A DNA stretch of 57,554 bases from Bacteriovoracaceae bacterium (GTDB lineage: Bacteria > Bdellovibrionota > Bacteriovoracia > Bacteriovoracales > Bacteriovoracaceae). The number at the start of each line of letters is the position of its first letter. Positions within the stretch are counted from its first letter, which is position 1. This document shows, piece by piece, positions 10,901-20,175 of the stretch. The stretch covers positions 62,001-119,554 of the forward strand of contig JABIHA010000094.1 in assembly GCA_018649885.1 (NCBI GenBank), given 5' to 3'. Position numbers and translations under genes: made by a program. Under the pieces are notes generated by a model. The model saw only the letters and a program-made list of their open reading frames with translations, ran no database searches and had not been told where the DNA came from.

Positions 10901-11117
10901 CACGAATGATGAAAAGATGGATCAGATCAATCGATTGAATTCCTTTAAAGAAAAAAACAAAGATCATCATGATCGTGCAATTGAGAGTCTAAAAGATGTG
11001 GTCTTGAATGATGGGAATATCTTTGAAGAGTTACTAAGCACAGTCAATTATTGCAGCCTGGGTGAAATCACTAGCATCCTGTACGATGTTGGCGGCAAGT
11101 ATAGAAGGAATATGTAA
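7956..11117 (+). CDS. icmF: Fused isobutyryl-CoA mutase / GTPase (B12-dependent)
   Basis: B12 domain FDGHDASIN, G-domain GTGGAGKSS and ALLGDRIR, mutase domain RQFAGEG, QADILKE, SGYHIAEAG, HTNAYDEA. Confidence 0.93.
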   Translation: MSRLRFVTASSLFDGHDASINIMRRLLQSKGAEVIHLGHNRSAKEVVDAAIQEDVQGIALSSYQGGHMEYFTYIRELLDSAGSKNIKIFGGGGGVITPSEMKKLHSSGITRIYSPGDGMKLGLDGIINDIIDQSQFSTIEGFQFKDLAGKKNLNHHQIGKTITYIEEKGEFPFEVKKGETKVLGITGTGGAGKSSLIDEILLRFSRYYPDKKVALISIDPTKKKNQGALLGDRIRLGSATSSQFYIRSLATRDSKTELSPQIEKTTMFLKSLDFDLIIVETSGIGQASDEITEVADQFLYVMTPEYGAASQLEKIEMLESAHFIAINKFEKAKGMDALRDVRKQYRRNKQLFAGHPGSPEDDQLPIYGTIASKFNNPGVNDLFFDILSAFKFPISEQIKNLEKNRASEHVAVIIPSGKVLYLREISDLVENYNQKTGETSDQLANWESLSAAAALLPGNSELKKKLEEVKSLIPGKVFSEIEEYDRDIEKYHSGEFSFNIRGKELKTPTKYRSLSQLEISRVGIPDLQYPSEKYRFIRSQNFPGKFPYAAGTFPFKRKDEEPKRQFAGEGGPHRTNKRFHFLSENDEAKRLSTAFDSTTLYGEDPAIRPDIFGKIGEAGVSICTLEDMEVLYSGFDLCNPKTSVSMTINGPATIVLAMFMNTAIRQNLGEKDFWDSKKRLEVMKNVRGTVQADILKEDQAQNTCIFSLEFALRLMGDVQEYFSKNQIKNYYTVSISGYHIAEAGANPITQLALTLANGFTYVEYYLSRGLKIDEFAENLSFFFSNGLDPEYTVMGRVARKIWAIAMKEKYGANLKSQKLKYHIQTSGRSLHAQEIDFNDIRTTLQAFLALSDNCNSLHTNAYDEAITTPTEESVRRAMAIQLIINREFGLNKTDNPLQGSYIFEELAQIVEDAVLKEFVRISDRGGVLGAMENMYQRSKIQEESLLYESQKDSGEIPIIGVNTYIAENISEQLNAEIEISRCTNDEKMDQINRLNSFKEKNKDHHDRAIESLKDVVLNDGNIFEELLSTVNYCSLGEITSILYDVGGKYRRNM

Positions 11118-11118
11118 T

Positions 11119-11694
11119 ATGGCCGGTGTGTATACTAAAAGTGGTGATTCCGGAGAAACCTCACTCGTTGGCGGAACACGTTTATCGAAAGGTGATCCAC
11201 AAATTGATTTGTACGGAGAAGTTGATGAGTTAAACTCATTTTTAGGACTTGCCATTACAACTTTGCAGGCTTGTGAAAAACCCTTTGGCATTGAAGTTGA
11301 TTTTTTAAGATTCATTCAAAATAGACTCTTTAATCTTGGTAGTCTTTTGGCCTGTGAAAAAGAAAAAATTTCTCAATTTTCATTGGAAGAGCTTGCAGCC
11401 TGCGATGTTGAAAAAATAGAAAAAGAAATAGATCGTCTCGATTCTTTTTGTAAACCACTTACAAATTTCATCTTACCTGGCACTGGTGGTGAAAATTCAA
11501 CCGTTCATATTTGTAGATCAGTATGTCGCCGAGTTGAAAGAAAAATGGTGGTTGTGAATAACGGAAATAAGGAGCTAGAAGTTCCACTTAAATTTATCAA
11601 TAGACTCTCAGATTATTTTTTTGTACTTGCAAGATACTGTTCAAATAAATTAGACGAAAATGAAATTCTGTGGACTAATCAGAAATCGAAATAA
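11119..11694 (+). CDS. Cob(I)alamin adenosyltransferase, PduO type
   Basis: VYTKSGDSGET, GEVDELNS, RSVCRRVER, NRLSDYFF; start moved to ATG 11119 just after the icmF stop. Confidence 0.92.
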   Translation: MAGVYTKSGDSGETSLVGGTRLSKGDPQIDLYGEVDELNSFLGLAITTLQACEKPFGIEVDFLRFIQNRLFNLGSLLACEKEKISQFSLEELAACDVEKIEKEIDRLDSFCKPLTNFILPGTGGENSTVHICRSVCRRVERKMVVVNNGNKELEVPLKFINRLSDYFFVLARYCSNKLDENEILWTNQKSK

Positions 11695-12418
11695 ACTCCA
11701 CTTTCAGGGAATCAATTTCGATATATGTTTGATACTTCGCCAAGTATCCACTGTTCAAATATCTCACCTTTGATTTTCCGGATTCAAAAGTAAAGTCATC
11801 TCGAACATGGCTATGCCCACAAATAATGAAATCAATATTTGATTTAGGAAGTGCCACTGCTCCCTTCCTAAACGAGTCACGCGTCCCCTCTTCATCAAAA
11901 TACTTACTCCCACGCTTTTTTGAATTCGCGGATGCCTTAGCCCCAATAGCATCAATCATACCAAGGGGGAGAATATTTTCTACAATCGTTTTAGAAAATG
12001 AATTTGAGATAAATTTTCGATACCATTTATAAACACTATTTCCCGTTTCGAGAAAATCTCCATGGCAAAAATAAAACTTCTTATCCCAAAGATTCTTTTC
12101 CACTTCAAAAGGGTATAATTCAAAACCAGATTTGTCCCTAAAGCATTCACTATAAAGACGAGATAAGTGTAAATCGTGGTTACCCTCAATATAGGTAATT
12201 TTTCCAATATCTAAGAATTCATTCAACTTTGCGAAAGTATCACTAAATCTCTCCATATACTCCAGGTGAGGTCCAACCAAGAGATCAAAAATATCTCCCA
12301 GTAAATAAATCTCACTGTATTTTTTCAGGGTACATTGGTCTATAAATCTATGAAAGAGCTTTGCAGCTTCATCGTCTGGTTTTTTTATATGAACATCTGA
12401 AATTATTGCAATGGCCAT
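11675..12418 (-). CDS. lpxH: UDP-2,3-diacylglucosamine hydrolase (LpxH family metallophosphoesterase)
   Basis: SDVH, GDIFD, GNHD, HGD, GHSH motifs. Confidence 0.8.
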   Translation of the reverse strand: MAIAIISDVHIKKPDDEAAKLFHRFIDQCTLKKYSEIYLLGDIFDLLVGPHLEYMERFSDTFAKLNEFLDIGKITYIEGNHDLHLSRLYSECFRDKSGFELYPFEVEKNLWDKKFYFCHGDFLETGNSVYKWYRKFISNSFSKTIVENILPLGMIDAIGAKASANSKKRGSKYFDEEGTRDSFRKGAVALPKSNIDFIICGHSHVRDDFTFESGKSKVRYLNSGYLAKYQTYIEIDSLKVEFISISD

Positions 12419-12483
12419 GTATAAATGATGAGTGAAATATCATGGTCCGTCAAACAAGAGAAAATCAAAACCTGGAGTTAAAA

Positions 12484-13224
12484 TTAGGAGACTTGATCAA
12501 CATCTGCAAATCTAAAAACAAATAAATTCACCTTTTGTTTTTCGAGATCGGAGATGTCTATAAACTCAATGCAAACTTTATATCCCTTATAAAGTAGGTT
12601 ATTCTTCTGGTTTGGCTCAATAGGAATAAAGTTAACAATCTTTCCATTAAGAACAACTTCATTGCTTCCAAACATAAGATGAATTCCAGCAACGATATCA
12701 TCAATATTGAAGAACTTTTTTTCGAGCTTTGTGATAATAAATGAAAGTCCACCAGCAGAGAGATCAAAGCAGTCCTTTTCAAATAATTGAACCTTATTGG
12801 TTGCTCCCATATCAGAGGCAATATAGAAATTTGTCCGCATAATGATGCCATCCATCTTCTCTAATCTAAAGTATTTCCTTCTTTCGACTTGAGCAACCAT
12901 TGTTGGAAAACAAACAGATAGAACATTATCTTCTGAAAAAGATTTTACCTCTGCTTGAAAAAGGAATGATTCATCTGGGACATAAAAGTTAACAACATTG
13001 GATCCTGAAATAATTGATTTAACATCTTCAACATTAAGGTTGTTAACTTTAAAGGTTAATTCATTTGAATACTTGCAGACCATAGTGATTGCGGCTTCAC
13101 TTGTCTTTTTACTCGATCCAATTAGCCTCCAAACGATTACAGGCTTTCCTTCATTTTTAGCTCTATTTAAAGCATTCAAAATGTTTTTCGGATCATTTTC
13201 TTTTCTAAGAGGATTCACCGCCAC
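12484..13224 (-). CDS. YcgR-like / PilZ c-di-GMP receptor
   Basis: RRKYFR (RxxxR) and DLSAGG (DxSxxG); lies downstream of flagellins. Confidence 0.8.
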   Translation of the reverse strand: MAVNPLRKENDPKNILNALNRAKNEGKPVIVWRLIGSSKKTSEAAITMVCKYSNELTFKVNNLNVEDVKSIISGSNVVNFYVPDESFLFQAEVKSFSEDNVLSVCFPTMVAQVERRKYFRLEKMDGIIMRTNFYIASDMGATNKVQLFEKDCFDLSAGGLSFIITKLEKKFFNIDDIVAGIHLMFGSNEVVLNGKIVNFIPIEPNQKNNLLYKGYKVCIEFIDISDLEKQKVNLFVFRFADVDQVS

Positions 13225-13334
13225 AATTATTTCCTAGTTTAAAAAGGGGAAGCTCAGATAAATGAAATTCTTTATTTATCCAAGCCCCCTTAAAGAACCG
13301 TAGATTACTGCAATACCTACGATGCCTTTCTTAC

Positions 13335-14168
13335 TTATATTAAGTTAAGTGCTGCTTTTGGTATATTATTTGCTTGGGCCATTGAAGCAATCGCTGCACT
13401 TTTAAGAACGCTATTTCTTGCCAGTTTTGCTGATTCTTCTGCAATGTCCGCATCTTGAATACTGGCCCTCGCACTATCTTGGTTAAAAACCTGAGAGTCA
13501 ATATTTCTGGTTGTAATTTGTAATCTCGACTGAATTGAACCAAGTTTGGCCCTCATCCCCGCGATCATATCAAGACCTTCGTCAACCTGGGCCAAGTTAT
13601 CAATTGCATCATCTTTCTCAGCAATTGAAGAACCTTCGATTCCAAGCTCACTTGATCTCGCATTTGTACCATCTGCTTCAAATTGAATGATATTTTCTTC
13701 ACCGGCATAAGCACCAACAAAGAAGTCCATTGTACCGCTTTCATTTTCACCATTTAAAAGTGGCGCACCTGAAAATTTGGTAGACTCTGCAATTCGATCA
13801 GATTCTTTTACTAACTCTTGATATTCAAGATCGAGCATTCCTCTTTCTTTACTACCAACAGTATCTGATGCAGACTGCACAGAAAGTTCTCGAAGCCTTA
13901 TGAGAATATTTGACATCTCACCAAGGCCACCTTCAGCAACTTGTATAAGAGAGACACCATTATTAGCATTTCTCTTGGCCATTCTCAGACCTCTAACAGT
14001 CGCTTCAATTTTGTTCCCAATGGCTAAGCCGGCAGCATCATCAGCTGACTTAGTGATTCTTTTACCGGATGATAGTCTATTAAGAGCATCTTCCGAATCA
14101 GAACTGACGTTGTTAAGGTTTTTCATAACCCCCTGGGCCGCCATGTTACTTGCAATACGTAAGGCCAT
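13335..14168 (-). CDS. fliC: Flagellin (277 aa)
   Basis: RLSSGKRI..ADDAAGLAI, QVAEGGL, RAKLGSIQSRL, IQDADIAEE. Confidence 0.95.
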   Translation of the reverse strand: MALRIASNMAAQGVMKNLNNVSSDSEDALNRLSSGKRITKSADDAAGLAIGNKIEATVRGLRMAKRNANNGVSLIQVAEGGLGEMSNILIRLRELSVQSASDTVGSKERGMLDLEYQELVKESDRIAESTKFSGAPLLNGENESGTMDFFVGAYAGEENIIQFEADGTNARSSELGIEGSSIAEKDDAIDNLAQVDEGLDMIAGMRAKLGSIQSRLQITTRNIDSQVFNQDSARASIQDADIAEESAKLARNSVLKSAAIASMAQANNIPKAALNLI

Positions 14169-14239
14169 TTTAATCTCCTCGTTCTTTAAGGGTGTTTCAA
14201 CCTTAACCCGACCTATGGGCTCAGGTACTTACAAGAGGT

Positions 14240-14266
14240 TTATCGTCGGGTATGGAAAATAGTTGA
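14240..14266 (-). promoter_or_regulatory. Sigma-28 promoter of flagellin 13335..14168
   Basis: TCAA-N15-GACGATAA on the minus strand. Confidence 0.7.
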
Positions 14267-14461
14267 GCTTTTTTCTTTGGTTTTATTAACAAAAGTTATC
14301 TTTACCTGAAAAAACAACACGTTAGAGAACGTAAATAATCTATGTTTTTTAAGAAAAAAAGAGAGTTTTAGAATTTGGAAATGAAAATTTTAGATTTAGA
14401 GCTGGAAAATTTAGTCGTGAACTAACAATTTTAGATAAATTGAATAGTAATGATGTGATAA

Positions 14462-14517
14462 AGGAGACCCATAGGACCCCGGAATATTCATCCCGGGACC
14501 TAAGTTATGGGTCTCCT
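14462..14517. repeat. Nested inverted repeat just downstream of the upstream flagellin (terminator or mRNA-stabilising hairpin)
   Basis: Perfect 12-bp arms AGGAGACCCATA/TATGGGTCTCCT with an inner CCCGG/CCGGG stem. Confidence 0.7.
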
Positions 14518-14529
14518 CAAATTCTATCT

Positions 14530-15366
14530 TTAACCACTAATCAATCCTAGGGCTGTTCTTTTAGATTGATTGGCTTGTGCTAAAACTGAGGTAGTTGCTT
14601 GATCTAAAATATTAGCTCTTGCTAACTCTGCAGATTCCTCTGCAACATCTGTATCTCTTATTCGAGAATTCGCTGCTGACAGGTTTTCTGTTTGAATCAA
14701 CAAGTTTTCTACCGTTGATGATAATCTATTTTGAAGGGCACCAAGATTGGCTCTTTGGCCGTTCACATTTTTAATGGCACCATCAATAGTCTCTAAGTTT
14801 TCTTGGGATTGTACTTTCTCACTAACTCCCATTCCACCTAAATTTAGTCCTTCTGTTGTTGAATTAGCTTCCCCAGCATTATAGGAAATCCTATCGTACT
14901 CTGGACTATTTCTAATCCCAATTTGAAAATCAAACTTATCTCCTTGGCCATTTAAAAGGAGTTGCTCATTGTATCTCGTTGATTGAGATATCCTCTCCAC
15001 TTCTTGCATTAAATTTTGAAATTCAAGATCAGTGAACTTTCTTTCATCATTTCCAATGGTGTCTGATGAAGATTGAATTGAAAGCTCTCTTAGTCTAATA
15101 AGAATATTAGAGACTTCATTTAATCCACCTTCAGCAACCTGGATCATAGAGATACCATCACTTGCATTTCGTGATGCCTGTCTTGATGAACGAATGTTTG
15201 CTTTTAAGTTTTCACTGATTGCCAGACCGGCTGCATCGTCACCTGCTCTGTTAATTCTGCTACCCGATGCTAATCTTTCTAGTGCTTGACCTTGATCTTT
15301 TTTGACTTTTGTCAGCGCCCTTTGCGCTGACAACGATTGTACGTTGGTGTTAATTGCAATACCCAT
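14530..15366 (-). CDS. fliC: Flagellin (278 aa)
   Basis: INTN, RLASGSRINRAGDDAAGLAISE, RANLGALQNRL, SRIRDTD. Confidence 0.95.
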   Translation of the reverse strand: MGIAINTNVQSLSAQRALTKVKKDQGQALERLASGSRINRAGDDAAGLAISENLKANIRSSRQASRNASDGISMIQVAEGGLNEVSNILIRLRELSIQSSSDTIGNDERKFTDLEFQNLMQEVERISQSTRYNEQLLLNGQGDKFDFQIGIRNSPEYDRISYNAGEANSTTEGLNLGGMGVSEKVQSQENLETIDGAIKNVNGQRANLGALQNRLSSTVENLLIQTENLSAANSRIRDTDVAEESAELARANILDQATTSVLAQANQSKRTALGLISG

Positions 15367-15394
15367 AACTTAATCTCCTCGAAACATATAAAAC

Positions 15395-15430
15395 CTCCTT
15401 GTGGTTATTAACTGGAACTCACTCCTTGTG
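15395..15430 (-). promoter_or_regulatory. Two putative CsrA/RsmA binding sites in the flagellin 5' UTR
   Basis: CACAAGGAG twice (15422-15430, 15395-15403), each with GGA in a hairpin loop, matching the ACARGGA core. Confidence 0.6.
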
Positions 15431-15477
15431 AAATTCCCCTTACTAACTTTATAGCTTCACCCAAAAGCTATGCACTG

Positions 15478-15504
15478 ATTTCGGTAACCGTTTTAATTAC
15501 TTTA
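15478..15504 (-). promoter_or_regulatory. Sigma-28 promoter of flagellin 14530..15366
   Basis: TAAA-N15-ACCGAAAT on the minus strand. Confidence 0.7.
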
Positions 15505-15507
15505 TAC

Positions 15508-16452
15508 TTATTTGCTTTTTTCTTGAAAAAAAGTGGAAAATTTTTCCCAATATAACCGATACGAATCCTCGGTTAATGGGGTCTTTGAAGGGTAGCTATT
15601 TGAAAACTCATCAATAACATTGTGTAACTCTTTTGTTAGTCTTCGTTTTAAATAACCAAGTTGAAAGCTCTGACTATCTTTTGATTTTTTGAGATTTATT
15701 TTACCTATAAAGTCAGGCTCTCCATTCAGAAGATCAACATCAAAAATTTGGGTATGCTTCGAGCCCCATTCGTACAGAGAATTAGAAATACTCTTAGTAT
15801 TAAATAGGTCTGCCTTTGACACCACTATACAGTCTGCAACATCGAGAACTCCACTTTTGAGATGCTGTATCCCGTCCCCTGAGTTTGGATCATAAAGAAG
15901 GATTAAATTATCTACGTAATCTCTTAAGTAGGTTGTACTTTGCCCTCCTCCAACTGATTCAATGGTAACTGTATCAAAAGGAAAGTGACTTAAGATCATT
16001 ATGTATTTATCAAGATGAGGAGTCAGTCCTGACACGTCACCTTTATTAGAAACACTCCTTATATATACACCGTCATCCAAAAAGAATTTTTTTAGTCTGA
16101 CCCTATCGCCTAGTAATGCTCCTCCTCCATCAGGATTTGAAGGATCAATCAAAAGCATACCAAGTTGAGATGTAGGTTTTTTACTTCTATTATAAGATAT
16201 AAGTTGGTTTAGGAAGCTACTTTTTCCTGCTCCAGGTGTTCCCACTATTCCTAAGAGGGTCGGTCTTTTCTTTAACTTTAAGAAACTGGCCCATAGAAGT
16301 TCTTCATCTTTAGCTGAAAAGGATTCTACTTTGGTCAGAGCAGAGCGTAGCTCCTTTTTGTCACCTTTAGAAATTTTCTTGTAATCAATTTCGGATGTCA
16401 TATTTGTCCGCAGTAGGTTTTTTACCAGTGCTCTAAGATTTTCCTTGTGCAC
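15508..16452 (-). CDS. MeaB/ArgK-family G3E GTPase (start may be ATG 16401)
   Basis: [35 protein letters not shown]. Confidence 0.8.
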   Translation of the reverse strand: MHKENLRALVKNLLRTNMTSEIDYKKISKGDKKELRSALTKVESFSAKDEELLWASFLKLKKRPTLLGIVGTPGAGKSSFLNQLISYNRSKKPTSQLGMLLIDPSNPDGGGALLGDRVRLKKFFLDDGVYIRSVSNKGDVSGLTPHLDKYIMILSHFPFDTVTIESVGGGQSTTYLRDYVDNLILLYDPNSGDGIQHLKSGVLDVADCIVVSKADLFNTKSISNSLYEWGSKHTQIFDVDLLNGEPDFIGKINLKKSKDSQSFQLGYLKRRLTKELHNVIDEFSNSYPSKTPLTEDSYRLYWEKFSTFFQEKSK

Positions 16453-16891
16453 TTTCTATAATTTTAGTTGTCGATTTACCTTCAACAAAATCGAGACTCT
16501 TAACAACACCGCCATTACTTAAGACAATATCAGAGCCTACTATTTGATCAGGCTTCCAGTCCCCACCTTTAACCAGCACATCTGGCAATATTTCGCCAAT
16601 GAGATTATAGGGAGTACTCTCACTAAAAATAATTACAAAATCAACAGACTTCAAATTCTCAAGAATATATTTTCTATCATCTTCACAATTTATAGGTCTA
16701 TTATCACCCTTGAGCTCCTTTACACTGGAGTCAGAGTTCAATCCAACTACGAGTATATCACCCAGCTCTTTTGCTTTGTTTAAGTAAAAAACATGACCTG
16801 AGTGTAGGATGTCAAAGCAGCCATTAGTGAAGACTATCTTTTTGCCTTCACTCTGCGCTAATTCTCTAATTTGAGAAATTTGAGTTTTCAT
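16433..16891 (-). CDS. rfaE2: D-glycero-beta-D-manno-heptose 1-phosphate adenylyltransferase
   Basis: [31 protein letters not shown]. Confidence 0.92.
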   Translation of the reverse strand: MKTQISQIRELAQSEGKKIVFTNGCFDILHSGHVFYLNKAKELGDILVVGLNSDSSVKELKGDNRPINCEDDRKYILENLKSVDFVIIFSESTPYNLIGEILPDVLVKGGDWKPDQIVGSDIVLSNGGVVKSLDFVEGKSTTKIIESAQGKS

Positions 16892-17643
16892 TTTGTTTCA
16901 ATAACTTTGGTATCTGTTAATTTCCCTACAGCTCCGGCCAAACAAGGTAGGCCTAGTAGCACTAGGGACGACAGTGTAAGTACTGAGGCCATTAAACTTT
17001 GTGAAAAACTTGGGGGCTCTCCGCTAGAGTTGACTAGTTTTATACCAATGGCCTTCTTTCCCATAGTCTGCGATATATTCGAGTCTAAAATTGAAAAGTA
17101 GAGTAGGTAAAATACTGAAAATAACACCCCCATATAGATCACAACTTGTTCTCCATATATGATTCCTTTAAAGTTAATTCCCTGAGTTTTGGCCGCAAAA
17201 ATGAACGAGCCTACTAAAAGTGAAAAACCTAAAAGCACGAAAGCAACGTCAATGCTCCAGGCCCCTAGCCTGTAAACAATTTTTGCAGGAACTGCTGCTG
17301 CCTTCTTTACTGGAGCACTTTTTTTAGTTTCCGCTGGAACTGCCTTACTCTCCATTGCCGATTGGTAAAAGGGAGCAAGCTCAGAGTCAACAAGCGAGCT
17401 ATTAACACGAGGGTTATTTACTTTTACTTTTGGTACATCAATATTTTTAAATTCTGTTTTAGTTTTTGGCTTTGTTACAAAAACTTTTGCCGGGGCATGG
17501 TTAAGCTGTGGCTTCTCTCCACTATTAAAGCCCAGCCCTTTAGTAATTGGCTTAAAGCTAATTTCATCATCAATGTCATCAAGATTAATTTGATTCTGAA
17601 TACGCTTAGATTTTGAAACGTTATCAGCTTTGTGAGTATCCAC
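16888..17643 (-). CDS. RDD family membrane protein with long N-terminal extension
   Basis: [23 protein letters not shown] near the C-terminus. Confidence 0.8.
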   Translation of the reverse strand: MDTHKADNVSKSKRIQNQINLDDIDDEISFKPITKGLGFNSGEKPQLNHAPAKVFVTKPKTKTEFKNIDVPKVKVNNPRVNSSLVDSELAPFYQSAMESKAVPAETKKSAPVKKAAAVPAKIVYRLGAWSIDVAFVLLGFSLLVGSFIFAAKTQGINFKGIIYGEQVVIYMGVLFSVFYLLYFSILDSNISQTMGKKAIGIKLVNSSGEPPSFSQSLMASVLTLSSLVLLGLPCLAGAVGKLTDTKVIETK

Positions 17644-17714
17644 AAACTCTCCCTGGTGCCGCTTTTAGTTATACCTGACTATATAATAGCAAGTATAAGA
17701 ATAAAATGTAACTT

Positions 17715-18413
17715 TTAGAGATCCCTTAATACATAACCAAACGCAGCAGGAACTGCTGTAGGCGCCCTAAGAATGGGAGTTGGTAGTGAAATTTGCTGGG
17801 TATTTTCAAGTGATTTCAGAAAATCGATTTCCTCTGGCCCAAAGCCCCCCTCGGGACCAATTAAAAGAAGTGAGCCTTCGCCCGCTTTTGATTCACTACA
17901 GCTTTCCTGCTTTCCACCAGGGTGAAAAAAATAAACCCTAGCGTATTTCCCGTAATTAATCTCTTCAAGCTTCACACCATTTTCAATTATCGGCATAAAG
18001 GGATTATTTGACTGCTCAAGAGCACTTGATAAAATTCGATCACACCTTTCACTACTCAAAAAATCTTTTTGGGAGTACTCAGTTAAAACACTCGTCACCT
18101 TTCGAAATCCAAGCTCAACTGAAAGCCTAATAATTTCTTCACTCGCCGCCTTTTTGACAGCACCAAAGGCCAAGTCAATTACAGCAGCAGATTCATGACT
18201 ACAAATATCCACCACATCTATAGATATACTTTTTTTTGAAACTTGAGTAACACAGCAGGTGACTTCAAGGCCTACTCCATCAAGAAGCTTAAGCTTTTCA
18301 CCACTTTTTACACGAATAACATTTTTAAGATGATGAACAACTTCTTTGGAATTAAGCTCTATCTTAGGGCCCGGAACTAAACTAGATAATTGCGTTAAAT
18401 AAATAGCTCTCAA
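17715..18413 (-). CDS. rsmE: 16S rRNA m3U1498 methyltransferase
   Basis: HHLKNVIRV, ELG, ALEQS, IGPEGGF, ILRA.TA. Confidence 0.88.
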   Translation of the reverse strand: MRAIYLTQLSSLVPGPKIELNSKEVVHHLKNVIRVKSGEKLKLLDGVGLEVTCCVTQVSKKSISIDVVDICSHESAAVIDLAFGAVKKAASEEIIRLSVELGFRKVTSVLTEYSQKDFLSSERCDRILSSALEQSNNPFMPIIENGVKLEEINYGKYARVYFFHPGGKQESCSESKAGEGSLLLIGPEGGFGPEEIDFLKSLENTQQISLPTPILRAPTAVPAAFGYVLRDL

Positions 18414-18415
18414 TT

Positions 18416-19390
18416 TTATACCCTTTTAAAAACGACCATGCCCCAATCATTTTTTTCACTATAAAATAGCTCTTCAAAGCCTGAGTCTTTAGTATAAAAC
18501 TGGATTAACTCTTCTTTTTGACATTTTAAAATGCCCGAGACAATCAAAATGCCTCCCGGTTTAGTTTTCTCCAAAAGAAAGTTGTGCTCATCAGTTAGAA
18601 TATCAAGTAATATATTGGCAAAAACTAGATCGAATTTTTGATCCAGATCTCTTTTGTTCTTAGTTACAACAAATCCGCCAAGGCAATGCATCTCATTAAG
18701 TTCAATATTTTGATGACAATTTTCTAGCGCCTCATCATCAATATCAAAGAACTGCACATTTTTAATTTTCTTTTTGAGGGCAGCAATACCAAGTATTCCA
18801 GAACCACATCCGAAATCCAAAACACAAGGTGCACCATCAAGATCCACAATTAATTTACAAAAGGCTTCAAGACATAAAAAAGTTGTCTCATGACTTCCAG
18901 TCCCAAAACCCTGTCCTGGATAAATATATAACTCATCTCTCTTTAGTGTTTCTTTTTCCCATGAAGGGATAATGGATAACTCATCATCAATGACTATTTT
19001 GCCATAAGACTTTCTCCACTCAGTATTCCAATCTTTTTCTTCTTTCAAAGTAAGTGAAGCAGTAATTTCGGGAAATTTCTTTTCTAGCTTATTCACAAAA
19101 GCAGAGGCCCGCTCTAGGTACTCATTTTCATTGTAAAAATACCCAACTCTGAATTCAGAACTACCAAGAACCTTCGATTCGACCTCTTCAATTACATCTA
19201 AAGGAAGATCTCCCCCACTATAGGATCTCTCCCCAAGAATTTCATCAACCTCAGGCTCATCCATGGAGTACTCACAACTTCCCTGGCAGCCATACTCTGA
19301 AAAAGCGATATCTTGCACGCTAGATTTTAACTGACCGTAATGCCCGTGAAAGTCGATCACAACTTCAGCATATTGTTTGGTATTTTCCAT
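18416..19390 (-). CDS. prmA: Ribosomal protein L11 methyltransferase
   Basis: DWNTEWR, PGQGFGTGSHETT, LDFGCGSGILGI, ANIL, SGIL. Confidence 0.92.
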   Translation of the reverse strand: MENTKQYAEVVIDFHGHYGQLKSSVQDIAFSEYGCQGSCEYSMDEPEVDEILGERSYSGGDLPLDVIEEVESKVLGSSEFRVGYFYNENEYLERASAFVNKLEKKFPEITASLTLKEEKDWNTEWRKSYGKIVIDDELSIIPSWEKETLKRDELYIYPGQGFGTGSHETTFLCLEAFCKLIVDLDGAPCVLDFGCGSGILGIAALKKKIKNVQFFDIDDEALENCHQNIELNEMHCLGGFVVTKNKRDLDQKFDLVFANILLDILTDEHNFLLEKTKPGGILIVSGILKCQKEELIQFYTKDSGFEELFYSEKNDWGMVVFKRV

Positions 19391-19557
19391 AACTTACGTA
19401 GCCTATTTTTTTTAACCTCTACTATATGTGAGGGAATTAATAATGAGTATGGTGCTGTAATTAATACAGCCCCATACCTGCGCGGTCATACTGCTTTTAG
19501 TTGCATAACATTTATGATAACCACTTAAAAATCTTTATTTTCTAGAGGACCTATTAC

Positions 19558-20175
19558 GTGTTAGTTATCGGAATTGCAGGTGGATCAGGATCGGGAAAGA
19601 CAACCTTTGCCCACAAAGTTATGCAGAGAGTTAAATCTAGTCAAATAGATCTTCTGCATATGGATTCGTACTATCTTAACAGACAACCTGAAGAACACTT
19701 CACAAAATCCGGTGTTCCCAACTTTGACCATCCAGAAGCATTTGATTGGCAATTAGTGAGGGATCACTTAGCAAAATTGAGGGCCGGAGATCAAATTGAT
19801 TCTCCTACCTATGACTTTGTTACCAATTCAAGAAGCACGCAAACGAAATCAAGTGGGCCATGTAAAGTGGTTTTGTTTGAAGGAATATTCTCACTATATG
19901 ACAAATCAATAAGAGATCTTTTAGATATAAAATGTTTTCTTCATGTTGATTCAGATATCAGATTTACCAGAAGACTACACCGAGATGTAAAAGAGCGTGG
20001 AAGATCCCTTGAGTCTGTAATTGAGCAGTACTATGATACTGTTAGGCCCATGTACCTAGAATTTCTCGAACCACAAAAACAATTTGCTGATTTTACAGTC
20101 GGTGAAGAAACAGATGTTGCCGCCGAAATTCTATCGGGGAAAATTACCCAACACCTGCAAAAACATGAGTGCTAA
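19558..20175 (+). CDS. udk: Uridine kinase
   Basis: IGIAGGSGSGKTT, DSYY, NFDHPEAFD, RDVKERGR. Confidence 0.93.
   Translation: MLVIGIAGGSGSGKTTFAHKVMQRVKSSQIDLLHMDSYYLNRQPEEHFTKSGVPNFDHPEAFDWQLVRDHLAKLRAGDQIDSPTYDFVTNSRSTQTKSSGPCKVVLFEGIFSLYDKSIRDLLDIKCFLHVDSDIRFTRRLHRDVKERGRSLESVIEQYYDTVRPMYLEFLEPQKQFADFTVGEETDVAAEILSGKITQHLQKHEC

Noticed and set aside
11062..11118. N-terminal extension of the adenosyltransferase, and similar extensions of rnj, ftsZ, mraY and ftsW
   Set aside because: They overlap upstream genes or precede better RBS-linked ATGs; family homology starts at the later Met
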